Notes under the pieces: model-generated | Told to the model about the DNA's origin: nothing | The model's input: only the letters and a program-made list of their open reading frames with translations | Database searches by the model: none | Part shown: piece after piece, positions 1 through 9,448 of the stretch | Layout: each line of letters starts with the position of its first letter | How positions within the stretch are numbered: the first letter of the stretch is position 1 | NCBI GenBank assembly: GCA_024235095.1 | Contig: JACKNC010000003.1 | Coordinates: 228,904-292,903 of the forward strand | From: Gammaproteobacteria bacterium | GTDB lineage: Bacteria > Pseudomonadota > Gammaproteobacteria > Competibacterales > Competibacteraceae | Reading direction: 5' to 3' | DNA length: 64,000 nucleotides | Position numbers and translations under genes: made by a program

Positions 1-200
1 CCCGCTATAAGTCATTGATTCCACACTGCCACCTTAAAAAGGCTGCTTGTAACTCGTAACTCGTAGCCTAGATGGAACATAGCGGAATCCAGGGCGCCCC
101 AGATTTCGCTTCGCTTCATCCGGGCTATAACATCTACAACGGCCTATGATGCGGAACCGATAGGTAGTAAGAGGCACAACAAGTCACTTGCGGGCTTCAG

Positions 201-234
201 AAAAAAAGAAACCACCTGCAAAACGGGTGGTTTC
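201..234 (-). terminator. Stem-loop GAAACCACC-N8-(G)GGTGGTTTC with an A7 run on the + strand (T7 after the hairpin on the - strand). It looks like a terminator and also resembles the IS200-type end hairpin at 26716-26745.
   Basis: The 9-bp GC-rich stem and adjacent homopolymer were read directly. No clear upstream gene lies on the - strand inside the window. Confidence 0.3.
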
Positions 235-365
235 TCTACCTCACCTTCTGTGCATACCAAAAGTGAAGCCATACGGATGCTAAAGTCGATAGAGCAGCCA
301 TTCAAAAGATTTCTGACTACACTGTAGGAGTGTTTACCCTACCATAAACCTGTGAGGAGTTGTTA

Positions 366-893
366 ATGATAAAGAAACTGCATGCGCTTTGGATTAGCTT
401 TCTGTTCGTTATGACTTTGCCGGTGGAGGCTGCCGAGGGATTGATTGCTATTAAAAGCCCTTTGAGTCCCAAAGAAACGATGGATCGTCTGGAACAGATT
501 GTCGAACAAAAACACATGAAGGTATTTGCCCGGATTGACCATGCAGCCGCCGCAAGAGAGGTTGGCGAATCATTACGTCCAACGGAAGTGCTAATTTTTG
601 GCAATCCACGGGTAGGGACGAAGTTTATGGGATGTAGCCAAACGGTCGGGATCGATTTGCCCCTGAAAATACTCGTCTGGATGGACGCTTCAGGTCAGGT
701 TTGGCTTGGTTACGAAGACCCGGACGCGCTGGCAGCGCGTCATGGCATTGCGCAGTGTCCCGTGGTAAGAAGAATCAGCAAGGCGCTCGCCGAATTTACC
801 GAGGAAACCGTTGCTCAGGAACACTCAAGAAGAGGGCGTCGCTCAAGAGAGCAATCATCCCAGCCGGCTTCTCGACAGGATATTTCCGAGTAA
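366..893 (+). CDS. DUF302 domain protein with an N-terminal signal-like segment
   Basis: The ATG at 366 lies 8 nt after GAGGAG. A hydrophobic N-terminus is followed by 'VFARIDHAAAAREVGESLRPTEVLIFGNPRVGT...GIDLPLKILVW', which is typical of DUF302. Confidence 0.7.
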   Translation: MIKKLHALWISFLFVMTLPVEAAEGLIAIKSPLSPKETMDRLEQIVEQKHMKVFARIDHAAAAREVGESLRPTEVLIFGNPRVGTKFMGCSQTVGIDLPLKILVWMDASGQVWLGYEDPDALAARHGIAQCPVVRRISKALAEFTEETVAQEHSRRGRRSREQSSQPASRQDISE

Positions 894-1097
894 AGAAGCC
901 ACCTACAAAGGGGTAGTTTTGGTCAACCCCCAAAAAGGGATAGTCTGCCTTATCCCCGGAAGGAGGCAGAGCTGTTAAGTTCTCACCGAACTGCAAATCC
1001 GCCCTGCATCGCGTGAAAAACGAATTGATAGTGGAGATCTACTGAACAGGAGTGTAATAACCCCCCTCTCACTGGCAGGAGAGGGGGCAAGAGAAAA

Positions 1098-1610
1098 TTA
1101 CGGAAAAGCGGGAATAGTCGGTTCCATGCCTTCTGGATGCGCTTCGGGATGATGCGAAGCCACCAGATCGGTGATTTCATTAACGCGATTACGTGGTACA
1201 TCGATCATCATCAGCAATTCACCTTGTTCGATAGCCACTTCAAATTGTTTCAGCCGGGTATTGTCGACGCTGAGGCCCACCATTCCGCTCAACCAAGCGC
1301 CAACGCCAGCGCCCGCCAGACCGCCAGCCAGCACAATGCCGCCGCCCGCCACGACCAGGCTTGCAGAAGTCAGAACTACAGCCACCAGTCCCGCCAGTGC
1401 GCCAAACGAGCCGCCCACCGCCAAGCCGCGTTCCATGGCGGGGATAAAATCAGTTCTTTGAAGGAACGAAGCCTCTGGCAAATGCTCAAGCGGCGTGCCT
1501 TGCTTCGCCAGGATGTGGATGTGCCGCTCCTCAATACGTGCGAGCAATAATTCATCCACGATCTTTTTCGCCACCTCGACCTGAGGAACCAGAAAATAGA
1601 TGCGCTTCAT
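1098..1610 (-). CDS. Hypothetical membrane protein with a glycine-zipper core (DUF1269-like)
   Basis: 170-aa ORF with a central 'GLAVGGSFGALAGLVAVV...AGGGIVLAGGLAGAGVGAWLSG' segment flanked by soluble domains. Confidence 0.5.
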   Translation of the reverse strand: MKRIYFLVPQVEVAKKIVDELLLARIEERHIHILAKQGTPLEHLPEASFLQRTDFIPAMERGLAVGGSFGALAGLVAVVLTSASLVVAGGGIVLAGGLAGAGVGAWLSGMVGLSVDNTRLKQFEVAIEQGELLMMIDVPRNRVNEITDLVASHHPEAHPEGMEPTIPAFP

Positions 1611-1933
1611 CTTGCTCTCCTTTTCCTGCTATCCGCGGCAAAACTCGACCGGCTAACGCCGCGGAAAAGTACATGCGTCCGGTCCCACATTGAAACGCCT
1701 TTGGTAATCCATGGATTACTGAATCCGCGGAATCGCCATGGCTTGATTGATGCTATGCCTTGCAGCATGGGAAGTAAAGCCATACTGTAGTTTAATAAAG
1801 CCACATCGGATAAATCGGCCAAATTGGTCTTTTTGGCGCAGATTACTGTTTCACACAGTGGATGCCCACATCCAGATAAATCGAAAACTAGAATCGCATG
1901 GCATGACGCCACACGGTAGTCTAGTCAGACAGG

Positions 1934-2203
1934 CTAATCACCGAAAAAGAGGGACGGCAACCAAGTAATCAGACCAGGGAAGATCACCAGCAGAATCAGG
2001 CCAAGAATTTGAATCATGACAAAGGGCATGATGCCTTTGTAGATATCACCCATCGTGTAAGCAGGAGGCGCGACACCCTTGAAATAGAACAGGGCATAGC
2101 CAAACGGCGGCGTCAGGAAAGAGGTTTGTAAATTCACACAAACCAGCATCGCGAACCAGAGAGGATTAAAATCCAGATCCATGGCGATCGGGGTAAAGAT
2201 CGG
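1934..2203 (-). pseudogene. dctM: C-terminal fragment of a TRAP transporter large permease (DctM family), cut by IS6 copy 1
   Basis: 'FNPLWFAMLVCVNLQTSFLTPPFGYALFYFKGVAPP...' is a DctM C-terminus. The frame stays open up to the IS6 inverted repeat at 2204. Confidence 0.65.
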
Positions 2204-3010
2204 GGTTCTGTTGCGTTAGCTGATAGGGTCGGATTTCGGTAAGCTACACGGCCCCTGTCCTGACTTGAGAACCCGCATGATCGATTTTAGAGGCCACCGC
2301 TTTGAACGAGACATCATCCTAACGAGTGTCCGTTGGTACCTCGCCTATCCGTTGAGCTATCGGAACCTGGAAGAGATGCTGGCGGAGCGGGGTGTCGACG
2401 TGGATCATTCCAGCGTCTACCGCTGGGTCCAGAAGTTTACGCCGCAGTTGGAAGCGGCTTTCCGCAAAGGACAAAAGCGCCCGGTGGGCACAAGTTGGCG
2501 GATGGATGAGACCTACATTAAGGTCAAAGGCCAGTGGAAGTACCTCTACCGCGCGGTTGATCGAGACGGCCAGACGATCGACTTCCTGTTCACGGCGCAT
2601 CGCGATAAGAAAGCCGCCCTGCGCTTTCTCAAAAAGGCGATACGGCAGCACGGTCTTCCGGACAAAGTCACGATCGATAAGAGTGGCGCTAACACCGCTG
2701 CCCTGGATGCACTCCAGGAGGAGACGGGCGCCGCCATTGAGATTCGCCAAAACAAGTACTTAAATAATTTAGTGGAACAAGATCATCGCGCCGTTAAACG
2801 GATCGTCCGCCCCATGCTGGGGTTCAAAGGCTTTCATTCTGCTCGGACCACCCTGCGGGGCATCGAACTCCTGCACATGATCAAGAAGGGCCAAATGATC
2901 ATGGCCGAAGGGACGAATCTCTCCGCCGCAGGACAATTTTATTCACTGGCTGCCTAATAACCTGCAAGGGTTACCCAATCGTGCTCGAAAAAAATTAACG
3001 CAACAGAACC
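2204..3010 (+). mobile_element. IS6-family insertion sequence, copy 1 (807 bp, intact)
   Basis: Terminal inverted repeats GGTTCTGTTGCGTTA (2204-2218) and TAACGCAACAGAACC (2996-3010), compare IS26 GGCACTGTTGCAAA. It has a single 230-aa transposase. The flanks AAGATCGG and CGCAGTCT are not a target duplication. Confidence 0.9.
2265..2957 (+). CDS. IS6-family transposase
   Basis: 230 aa, 'MRTRMIDFRGHRFERDIILTSVRWYLAYPLSYRNLEEM...WRMDETYIKVKGQWKYLYRAVD...'. The identical translation occurs four times in the window. Confidence 0.9.
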   Translation: MRTRMIDFRGHRFERDIILTSVRWYLAYPLSYRNLEEMLAERGVDVDHSSVYRWVQKFTPQLEAAFRKGQKRPVGTSWRMDETYIKVKGQWKYLYRAVDRDGQTIDFLFTAHRDKKAALRFLKKAIRQHGLPDKVTIDKSGANTAALDALQEETGAAIEIRQNKYLNNLVEQDHRAVKRIVRPMLGFKGFHSARTTLRGIELLHMIKKGQMIMAEGTNLSAAGQFYSLAA

Positions 3011-3167
3011 CGCAGTCTCGGCAGAGCCGGCTTTTGTACGAATCAGGTTTTCGGAAATGCAGAACTGGTCTTTCATGCCATCACCGTGAGATTCACTCTT
3101 CGCAACTTATGGTGGGAGGTACTGGGGTGGTCGTAGCGACCGGGTCGCGGATGAAGCGTAGAAAGAC

Positions 3168-4226
3168 TCAAACCGGAGCCAGAGCGCCTTTGGCCGCATC
3201 ATAGGGCTGGCCGGTCGTCATCACCGCATAGGCGATCCGGGCGATCTTGTTGGCCAACGCGACGGCCGCCACGTTGGCATGGCGACGGCCTTTCAGTCCC
3301 CGGGCCCAGCGGCTCGTCGGATCGTCCTTGCGCTCGACCCAGCGCAACACGGCGCGGGCGCCATGAATCAGCAACTGCCGCAGGTAGACATCCCCCCGTT
3401 TACTGATACCCAGTAAGCGGTCCCGTCCACCGGTGGAGTGCTGGCGCGGCACCAGGCCCAGCCAAGCCGCCAAACCCCGCCCGTTCTTAAAGAGTCGGGG
3501 ATCCTCGCCGACGGCCGCTACCAACGCGGTCGCGCCCTTGGCGCCCAGACCGGGGATCGTCATCAACGCTTGCGCCTGCGGATGGCTTTCCGCCAGGGTC
3601 TCAATCTGGGCGTCATAATGAGCAACCCGTTCATCCAAGTGACGGAGTTCGTCAGCCAACTCGCGTAGCTCAGCCCGGAAGCGCTCGCTGAGGCCGTTCT
3701 CTGGATCCTCAAGAATCTCCGGCAGGCGCTGGTTCACCGCCACACGCCCCTGCGGGATTTCAATGCCGTATTCCAACAAAAAACCGCGAATCTGATTGAC
3801 CTGGGCGGTGCGGCGTTCCACCCCCAAACTGCGCATCCGGTGAATCGCCTGGATATCTTGCTGTTCCACGCTCTTGATCGCCACCAACCGCATCCTGGGC
3901 CGCTGGGCCGCTTCGCAAATCGCCTCGGCATCGACGGCGTCGTTTTTATTGGATTTCACAAAGGGCTTCACGAACTGGGGCGCGATCAACCGTACCTCAT
4001 GGCCGTCCTCCCGGAACTGCCGCGCCCAATAGTGCGCACTGCCACAGGCTTCCATGGCCACCGTACAGGCGGGCAGATTCGCCATGAATTCACTCAGACG
4101 TACCCGGTTGAAGGTCCTGCGGATCACCCGTTGACCGTTCTCGTCCACGCCGTAAACGTGAAAACTCCGCTTGGCCAGATCAATGCCGACAACCTTAATG
4201 ACGCGCTCATTGGTATACTCTTTCAT
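3168..4226 (-). CDS. IS110-family transposase
   Basis: 352 aa with N-terminal 'VVGIDLAKRSFHV' (DEDD domain) and C-terminal 'LMTIPGLGAKGATALVAAVG...FKNGRGLAAWLGLVPRQHSTGG', typical of IS110/IS116/IS902. Element ends were not determined. Confidence 0.85.
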   Translation of the reverse strand: MKEYTNERVIKVVGIDLAKRSFHVYGVDENGQRVIRRTFNRVRLSEFMANLPACTVAMEACGSAHYWARQFREDGHEVRLIAPQFVKPFVKSNKNDAVDAEAICEAAQRPRMRLVAIKSVEQQDIQAIHRMRSLGVERRTAQVNQIRGFLLEYGIEIPQGRVAVNQRLPEILEDPENGLSERFRAELRELADELRHLDERVAHYDAQIETLAESHPQAQALMTIPGLGAKGATALVAAVGEDPRLFKNGRGLAAWLGLVPRQHSTGGRDRLLGISKRGDVYLRQLLIHGARAVLRWVERKDDPTSRWARGLKGRRHANVAAVALANKIARIAYAVMTTGQPYDAAKGALAPV

Positions 4227-4369
4227 GGGTCCGCTCCGTTATCTCGGTTAATATGATGTGAGTCAGCATTCACTATTTCGCCCGCTTTGGGCTCGTTGGA
4301 GGAGCGGGGCGGACCATTCCATTAGTCTCTAAGGCGGATTATGTTGCATCTCTTTATTAGGATTAATTC

Positions 4370-4621
4370 TCATCCATTTATTACTGTGACCAACGTTAAT
4401 ATTCCAAGTCCTAAAAGGACTAGGGACGCAGTAAAGAGAAGTATCGTGTTCTTAGAGTGGGCATGCTTTGGGTTTCGCGGATTGATAAGAATAGGAATCT
4501 TTTGGCCGATCACGTATTGACACGGCGAGATCCAAATGGGATTTTGACACTCGAAGACTTCTGTTTCTCCTGGCAAGTAATATGCTATTGTCTTGCTAAT
4601 AGTTATCCCCACAAAAATCAT
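4370..4621 (-). pseudogene. Small AT-rich membrane-protein ORF whose first ~10 codons come from the neighbouring IS end (probably a truncated gene)
   Basis: 83-aa ORF with a C-terminal TM helix. Its start overlaps the IS630-type inverted repeat at 4592-4613. Confidence 0.25.
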
Positions 4622-5782
4622 GCTGGAGCTTTTTCAGGATTAGCGTATTGAGTATCAGGGAGCCTAAAAAATGATTTGACCCTTTCCTGAAATTCTTTTA
4701 GCTTTTCCAAAGCAGAATAAACGCGCGCTCTGAAATCAGCCCGGTTTTTAATTGGCTCCTTTTCCAGATGATCATTTTTGATCTCATTCCAAACCTGTTC
4801 ATCCGGATTTAACTCTGGCGAGTGGGGGGGAAGAAAGAACAAGCGGATTTGTTTTCGATGCGTCTCAAGAAAGGCTTTGACTTCTTTCGAGGTATGATAA
4901 GACGCATTGTCCGTGATGACAATTAATGGGCGCTCTCGACCCTCTAATGCCTTCTCTAAAAAGGCAATGAAAACCCCACTCACTCATTTTTGAGTGGTCA
5001 CTTCAAATATTAACTCGCCCGTCGCCGTAACCATCGATAAAATGTGAAACCCACCCCGGTCATCACTCACTTTAATTTCAGGCGGATGACCGACTAAGCC
5101 CCACGTCCGTCCAGAACGCGTATGGCCTTGAACCCATGACTCATCCTGAAACGCAATATCCGCTCCAAGTTCTTGAGCCCGCTTCTGAATCTCTTTAAAT
5201 TCTTCATTAATAAACTTTTTAACTTCCTCCTGATCCTGGTTTAAGGCATGATAACAAGGTTTTTGACAACTCAGTCCTAATTGATGTAAATGCAGACGAA
5301 CCGTGGCATCCGATACCCATAAACCAAAGTACTCTTTCAATAAATTAACCATGATCTCTAAAGTCCATAAAACCGTATCATAGCCATGATCCGCCGGCGT
5401 CGTATTGAGTATCGTTTCTTTTAACCATCGATCAATATCCGGAGTCATCACACACGTGGCGCCGAGCGCTTTCCGGGTATCCAGGGCTTCTTCTCCTTCA
5501 TAACGATAGTTGCGAAGCCAATCATAAATACTCGTTCGGTCGATACCCAAAAAATCAGCAACAAGCTCCGGACCATAATGCTTCTCTTCGACCGCGCGAA
5601 CCGCAATACGCCGGATGTAATTCATCACTTCATCCGGTATTTTACGTGCATCAAACATCCATTCCGCGTTCATTGCCGCACCTCCTCTATAAATTTAGAG
5701 TCTCTAAAGAGGTCTTCTATAGTTATTAGACAATTTGATTAACGCTCAGTTCGTTGATAATGTAGGGATAATCGTTGGCAAG
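4592..5782 (-). mobile_element. IS630-family element, type B
   Basis: Imperfect terminal repeats CTTGCTAATAGTTATCCCCACA (4592-) and the reverse complement of 5761-5782 (17/22 match) enclose an IS630/Tc1-like transposase. Confidence 0.6.
4618..5673 (-). pseudogene. IS630-family transposase interrupted by one in-frame TGA
   Basis: ORFs 4984-5673 and 4618-4983 are consecutive in the same frame, separated only by the stop at 4984-4986. The C-terminal part has 'DNASYHTS...LPPHSPELNPDEQVW' (DDE). Confidence 0.75.
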
Positions 5783-5786
5783 CCTA

Positions 5787-7033
5787 TAGTGGGCTGACAC
5801 AGAAGTTTTGACAGGTAGCGGTGGGTGCCCTATGGTTGAGATCAACAGGAGGAATCACCATGGCCCACAAGTATCTGGTTGATCTAACTGAAGAGGAGCG
5901 GGAAGACCTGCTGAAGGTCATTCATAAAGGCAAGGCAGCGGCGCGCAAGGTTGCCCGTGCCCATGTGTTGCTGCAGGCTGCGGAAGGGGCGACGGATGAG
6001 GCCATTGCCCAAAGCCTTCACTTGGGGATTTCGACCGTTCATCGTACCCGTCAACGGTTTGTCGACGAAGGGTTGCTGGCGGCGTTAAGCGAGCGGCCAC
6101 GAGTCGGTTTGCCCCCGGCCTTGACCGGCAAACAGGCCGCCTTTCTGGTCGCCTTGGCCTGTAGTACCCCGCCCGCTGGCCGTTGTCAGTGGACTCTCCA
6201 ATTGTTAGCGGACCGCTTCATGGAACTCCGGCCCATCGAAGCCATTTCCCGTGAGAGTGTGCGGCGCATCCTTAAAAAAACGACCTCAAACCCTGGCAAC
6301 GTCAAGAATGGTGTATTCCCAGTGTCAGTCCCGATTATGTTTGGCATATGGAGGATGTGTTGGACCTGTACGCCGAACCCGATGATCCTCAATACCCCCA
6401 AGTGTGCTTCGATGAAAGTCCGGTGCAATTGACCAGCGAAACCCGCTGTCCTCAACCCGCCCGCCCGGGTCAACCGGCGCGCTATGACTGTGAATACAAA
6501 CGCGAAGGCACCGCCAATTTATTTCTATTCGTACAACCCTTGCGCGGGTGGCGTCATGTTAATGTCACGAAACAGCGCACCAAACGCGATTTTGCCCAGC
6601 AAATGCAGCAACTCGTTGATGTGTACTTTCCGAAGGCGGAGCGAATCCGGTTGGTCGTGGATAACCTCAATACCCACACTCCTGCGGCCTTGTATAGTGT
6701 CTTTTCTCCAGAGGAAGCCCGCCGGATCACCCGCAAGCTCGAATTTCATTACACCCCCAAGCATGGCAGTTGGCTCAATATGGCGGAATGTGAGTTCGCT
6801 GTTCTCGCCGGCCAGTGTTTGAATCGCCGCATTGCGAACCTCGAAACTTTGCGGAAGGAAATCGCCGCTTGGCAAGGCCCACGCAACCTACGTCAGACCA
6901 AAATCCACTGGCAGTTCGGCACCGACTTGGCCCGGGTCAAACTCAAGCGCCTCTATCCTCCCTTGAAATCTTCTGAAACCCCGGTGGACCTAGAAACCTC
7001 TGAACCTGTCAAAACTTCTGTGTCAGCCCACTA
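5787..7033 (+). mobile_element. IS630-family element, type A, copy 1 (1247 bp)
   Basis: ~29-bp terminal inverted repeats (T)AGTGGGCTGACACAGAAGTTTTGACAGGT with TA at both junctions. The same element recurs at 18975-20221 and 35924-37170. Confidence 0.9.
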
Positions 7034-7034
7034 G
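5860..7034 (+). CDS. IS630-family transposase; a -1 frameshift at an A7 run (6274-6280) is needed to join the two ORFs
   Basis: AGGAGG lies upstream of the ATG at 5860. The 0 frame reads '...RRILKKTTSNPG' while the -1 frame reads 'KNDLKPWQRQEWCIP...', the canonical IS630 continuation. The same arrangement is present in all three copies. Confidence 0.8.
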
Positions 7035-7084
7035 CGAGACTATAGGAGTAGCTCCTGGAAGGGGTAGAAGGGTATTTCTGACTA

Positions 7085-8146
7085 GGCTCAATATGGATTC
7101 CAGTCAGTTGGCGTTGTTAGGCGACCAGCAGTTCCAAGAGAGGTCTGAGCAAGCCTTTGCCCCGAATGCGGACGTTATGCACGAACTGAAAGAAGCCCAG
7201 GTAGAGCGGCAGCTTTTCTTGCGAAATTCCTCGATGGGGTCGCAACCAGGAACGCAACAGGGACCAGAAACCCTCAGCGGTATTAACATGAATCTCATGG
7301 AAGCCATCGCCATCGTCGTCGCGGGCGTATTCACCCCGGCTGTGACACACCGTATGATGATCAAAGCCCCAATCCTTCAATGGGTTATAGATTGCATATT
7401 CATCGGTATACACCCGGGTTCCCGGGGCGATGAAAGTCTGAAGGAGCGGTTGGATGGTCGCTTGCTGGACATTATCCAGCATCCGGACGACCACCGCGCC
7501 GCCGCGCTCAATCATGCCGAGAATCGGCGGCTTTTCCTGCTCCAGGGTGCCTCGACCCCGTGCCCCCTTCAGCCGGCGACGCCGCCCGCGGCGGCCTTTT
7601 TTTTCACCGCGTCCGGATGCCCTTTATGCCCGGCCACCACATAGACCTCGTCGCATTCCACTTCCCCCGCCAAGGTGGGTTCGGGTTGGCGGGCGACGAT
7701 ACCTTGGCGCAGTTGCTCGGTCATCCGCTGCACGTCTCCGGATTCAACGCCAACTCTTGGGCAATCTGGGCATTAGATAAGTTCAAACCCATAAAATATA
7801 AACATAATATCCAAATTCGTAACGGCGGGTGGTGGCCGGCCAACACCGTCCCGGTTAGATCGTCAAAAGAGCGATGGCACCCGGCACACCGATATTTCTG
7901 TCGCGCCGGTTGGGTCGTGTCGTGACCCTGCTTCGTCACGTTCGCCGCCCCACAATGGGGGCAGTGAACCCCATCGGGCCAGCGCAGTTGGCGGACCGTT
8001 TCGTAACACCGGACATCGTCCAGTAGATTCTGAAGGTTGATCATCGACGGGAAACCTGGAGCGCGGCGGTTCAAAACCTCTTCAGTGTAGCTCCTGTCCC
8101 TTGGCAGGGCGAGCCATCTTTAACAGCCTGGAATCCATATTGAGCC
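7085..8146 (-). mobile_element. IS1595-family element with an 8-bp target duplication TCTGACTA
   Basis: Inverted repeats GGCTCAATATGGATTCCAG (7085-7103) and CTGGAATCCATATTGAGCC (8128-8146). TCTGACTA is found at 7077-7084 and 8147-8154. Confidence 0.8.
7117..8074 (-). pseudogene. IS1595-family transposase, frame-disrupted
   Basis: N-terminal Zn-ribbon ORF 7721-8074 ('CPHCGAANVTKQG...YRCAGCHRSF') and C-terminal DDE ORF 7117-7515 ('VYTDEYAIYNPL...HVNTAEGFWSLLRSWL') are not joined by an open frame. Confidence 0.7.
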
Positions 8147-8161
8147 TCTGACTAAAACCGC

Positions 8162-9363
8162 CTTACCACCTATCAGTTCTGAGTTAGACTAGGATTATGA
8201 GTTTAACGAACATCATGAGGGGATCATGGGAACGATTCGGCAGTTGGCAACAGAAATCGAAGCGGGGTTGAGAGCTGCCCACCCGACGCTACGCAAGACG
8301 GTACGCGCCAAGCTAGCTTTAGCGGTGGGCGCCATCCTGGAAGCCCAGACCCCGAATACGGTGGAACTCGCCAATCTCCTACCCTTGGAGACCGAACGGC
8401 AAGATATGCGCGAGCAGTGGCTGCGGCGGTTGTTGAAGAATCCGTTGCTGTCGAGTACGGAAGTGCTGGAACCGTGGGCGCGCCAAACCTTGGCGGCGAC
8501 GGGCCAGCAGGGACAAACGATTATTTTGAGTCTGGATCAAACCGATTTGGGGGATCGTTTTGCGATTTTGATGGTGAGCCTTGGGATCGGCGATCGGGCC
8601 TTACCCCTTGCTTGGCGGGTGGAAGCCGGCCCGGCCAATCTGGGTTTTGCGGCCCAGAAAGCGGTATTAGAACAAGTTCGAGCGTGGCTCCCGGCGGGAG
8701 CCGAGGTGCTGCTTTCGGCGGATCGCTTTTATCCCTCGGTGGATTTATTCGCGTGGCTTCACGCGCAGTCCGGTTGGCATTATCGGTTACGATTGAAAGG
8801 CAATCTCAATGTGGATCCAGGGTTTGGAGACATGACCACGACCGGGGTGCTTGCCACAGGGCAAACCGAGCGCTATCTGCCCAATGTGCGGTTATTCAAT
8901 CAAGGGGTCGCGACGAATCTGGCGATTTGGCATGAGGGGGCCCACCCGGAACCCTGGATCATCGCCATGAATGACCCGCCGAATCGGGCGACCGTGCGGG
9001 ATTACGCAAGTCGCTGGGGCATTGAGCCGATGTTCTCCGATTTCAAAAGTCGCGGTTTTCAATTAGAAGACACGCAGTTACAGGCCGCTGATCGGCTCGA
9101 TCGGTTGCTGCTGATCATGGCCTTGGCCATGTACTGGTGCGTGCGCGTCGGTCAAGAGGAGGCCCACGATCACCCCACGCCCCTGGAAAAAAGACGCAAG
9201 AACAGACCGATCCTCACCATTGGACCTTTCGAAAACTCGCCCGTAGCGCCGTTTCCTGGTTCACCTGGGGTCTGCGCGCAATCCACCGGAAGCTACAAAT
9301 GCAACAACCTTTACCTTCCTTCTATCGAGTTTGCCCCGTGATGAGAAACTGATAGGTGGTAAG
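8162..9363 (+). mobile_element. IS4/IS701-like element with a 10-bp target duplication CTAAAACCGC
   Basis: Inverted repeats CTTACCACCTATCAGTT (8162-) and AACTGATAGGTGGTAAG (-9363). CTAAAACCGC is found at 8152-8161 and 9364-9373. Confidence 0.75.
8226..9341 (+). CDS. DDE transposase (IS4/IS701-like)
   Basis: 371 aa with 'ILSLDQTDLGDRFAILMVSL...LLSADRFYPSVDLFAWL...YASRWGIEPMFSDFKSRGFQLE', the DDE_Tnp_1-type pattern. Confidence 0.75.
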   Translation: MGTIRQLATEIEAGLRAAHPTLRKTVRAKLALAVGAILEAQTPNTVELANLLPLETERQDMREQWLRRLLKNPLLSSTEVLEPWARQTLAATGQQGQTIILSLDQTDLGDRFAILMVSLGIGDRALPLAWRVEAGPANLGFAAQKAVLEQVRAWLPAGAEVLLSADRFYPSVDLFAWLHAQSGWHYRLRLKGNLNVDPGFGDMTTTGVLATGQTERYLPNVRLFNQGVATNLAIWHEGAHPEPWIIAMNDPPNRATVRDYASRWGIEPMFSDFKSRGFQLEDTQLQAADRLDRLLLIMALAMYWCVRVGQEEAHDHPTPLEKRRKNRPILTIGPFENSPVAPFPGSPGVCAQSTGSYKCNNLYLPSIEFAP

Positions 9364-9448
9364 CTAAAACCGCGACGGGTCAATTTTGCCAGTATTGATG
9401 TTATATTCTCATACATTTTTCTGAAATTGATAATGAATAGGTACACAC

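Noticed and set aside
2319-2763. Three extra ORFs inside every IS6 copy (143, 123 and 69 aa), repeated at each copy
   Set aside because: They recur only because the IS recurs. They overlap the 230-aa transposase frame and have no motifs, so I treat them as shadows.
7093-7644. 183-aa plus-strand ORF in the IS1595-like element
   Set aside because: It lies opposite the Zn-ribbon/DDE transposase frames, which explain the element.
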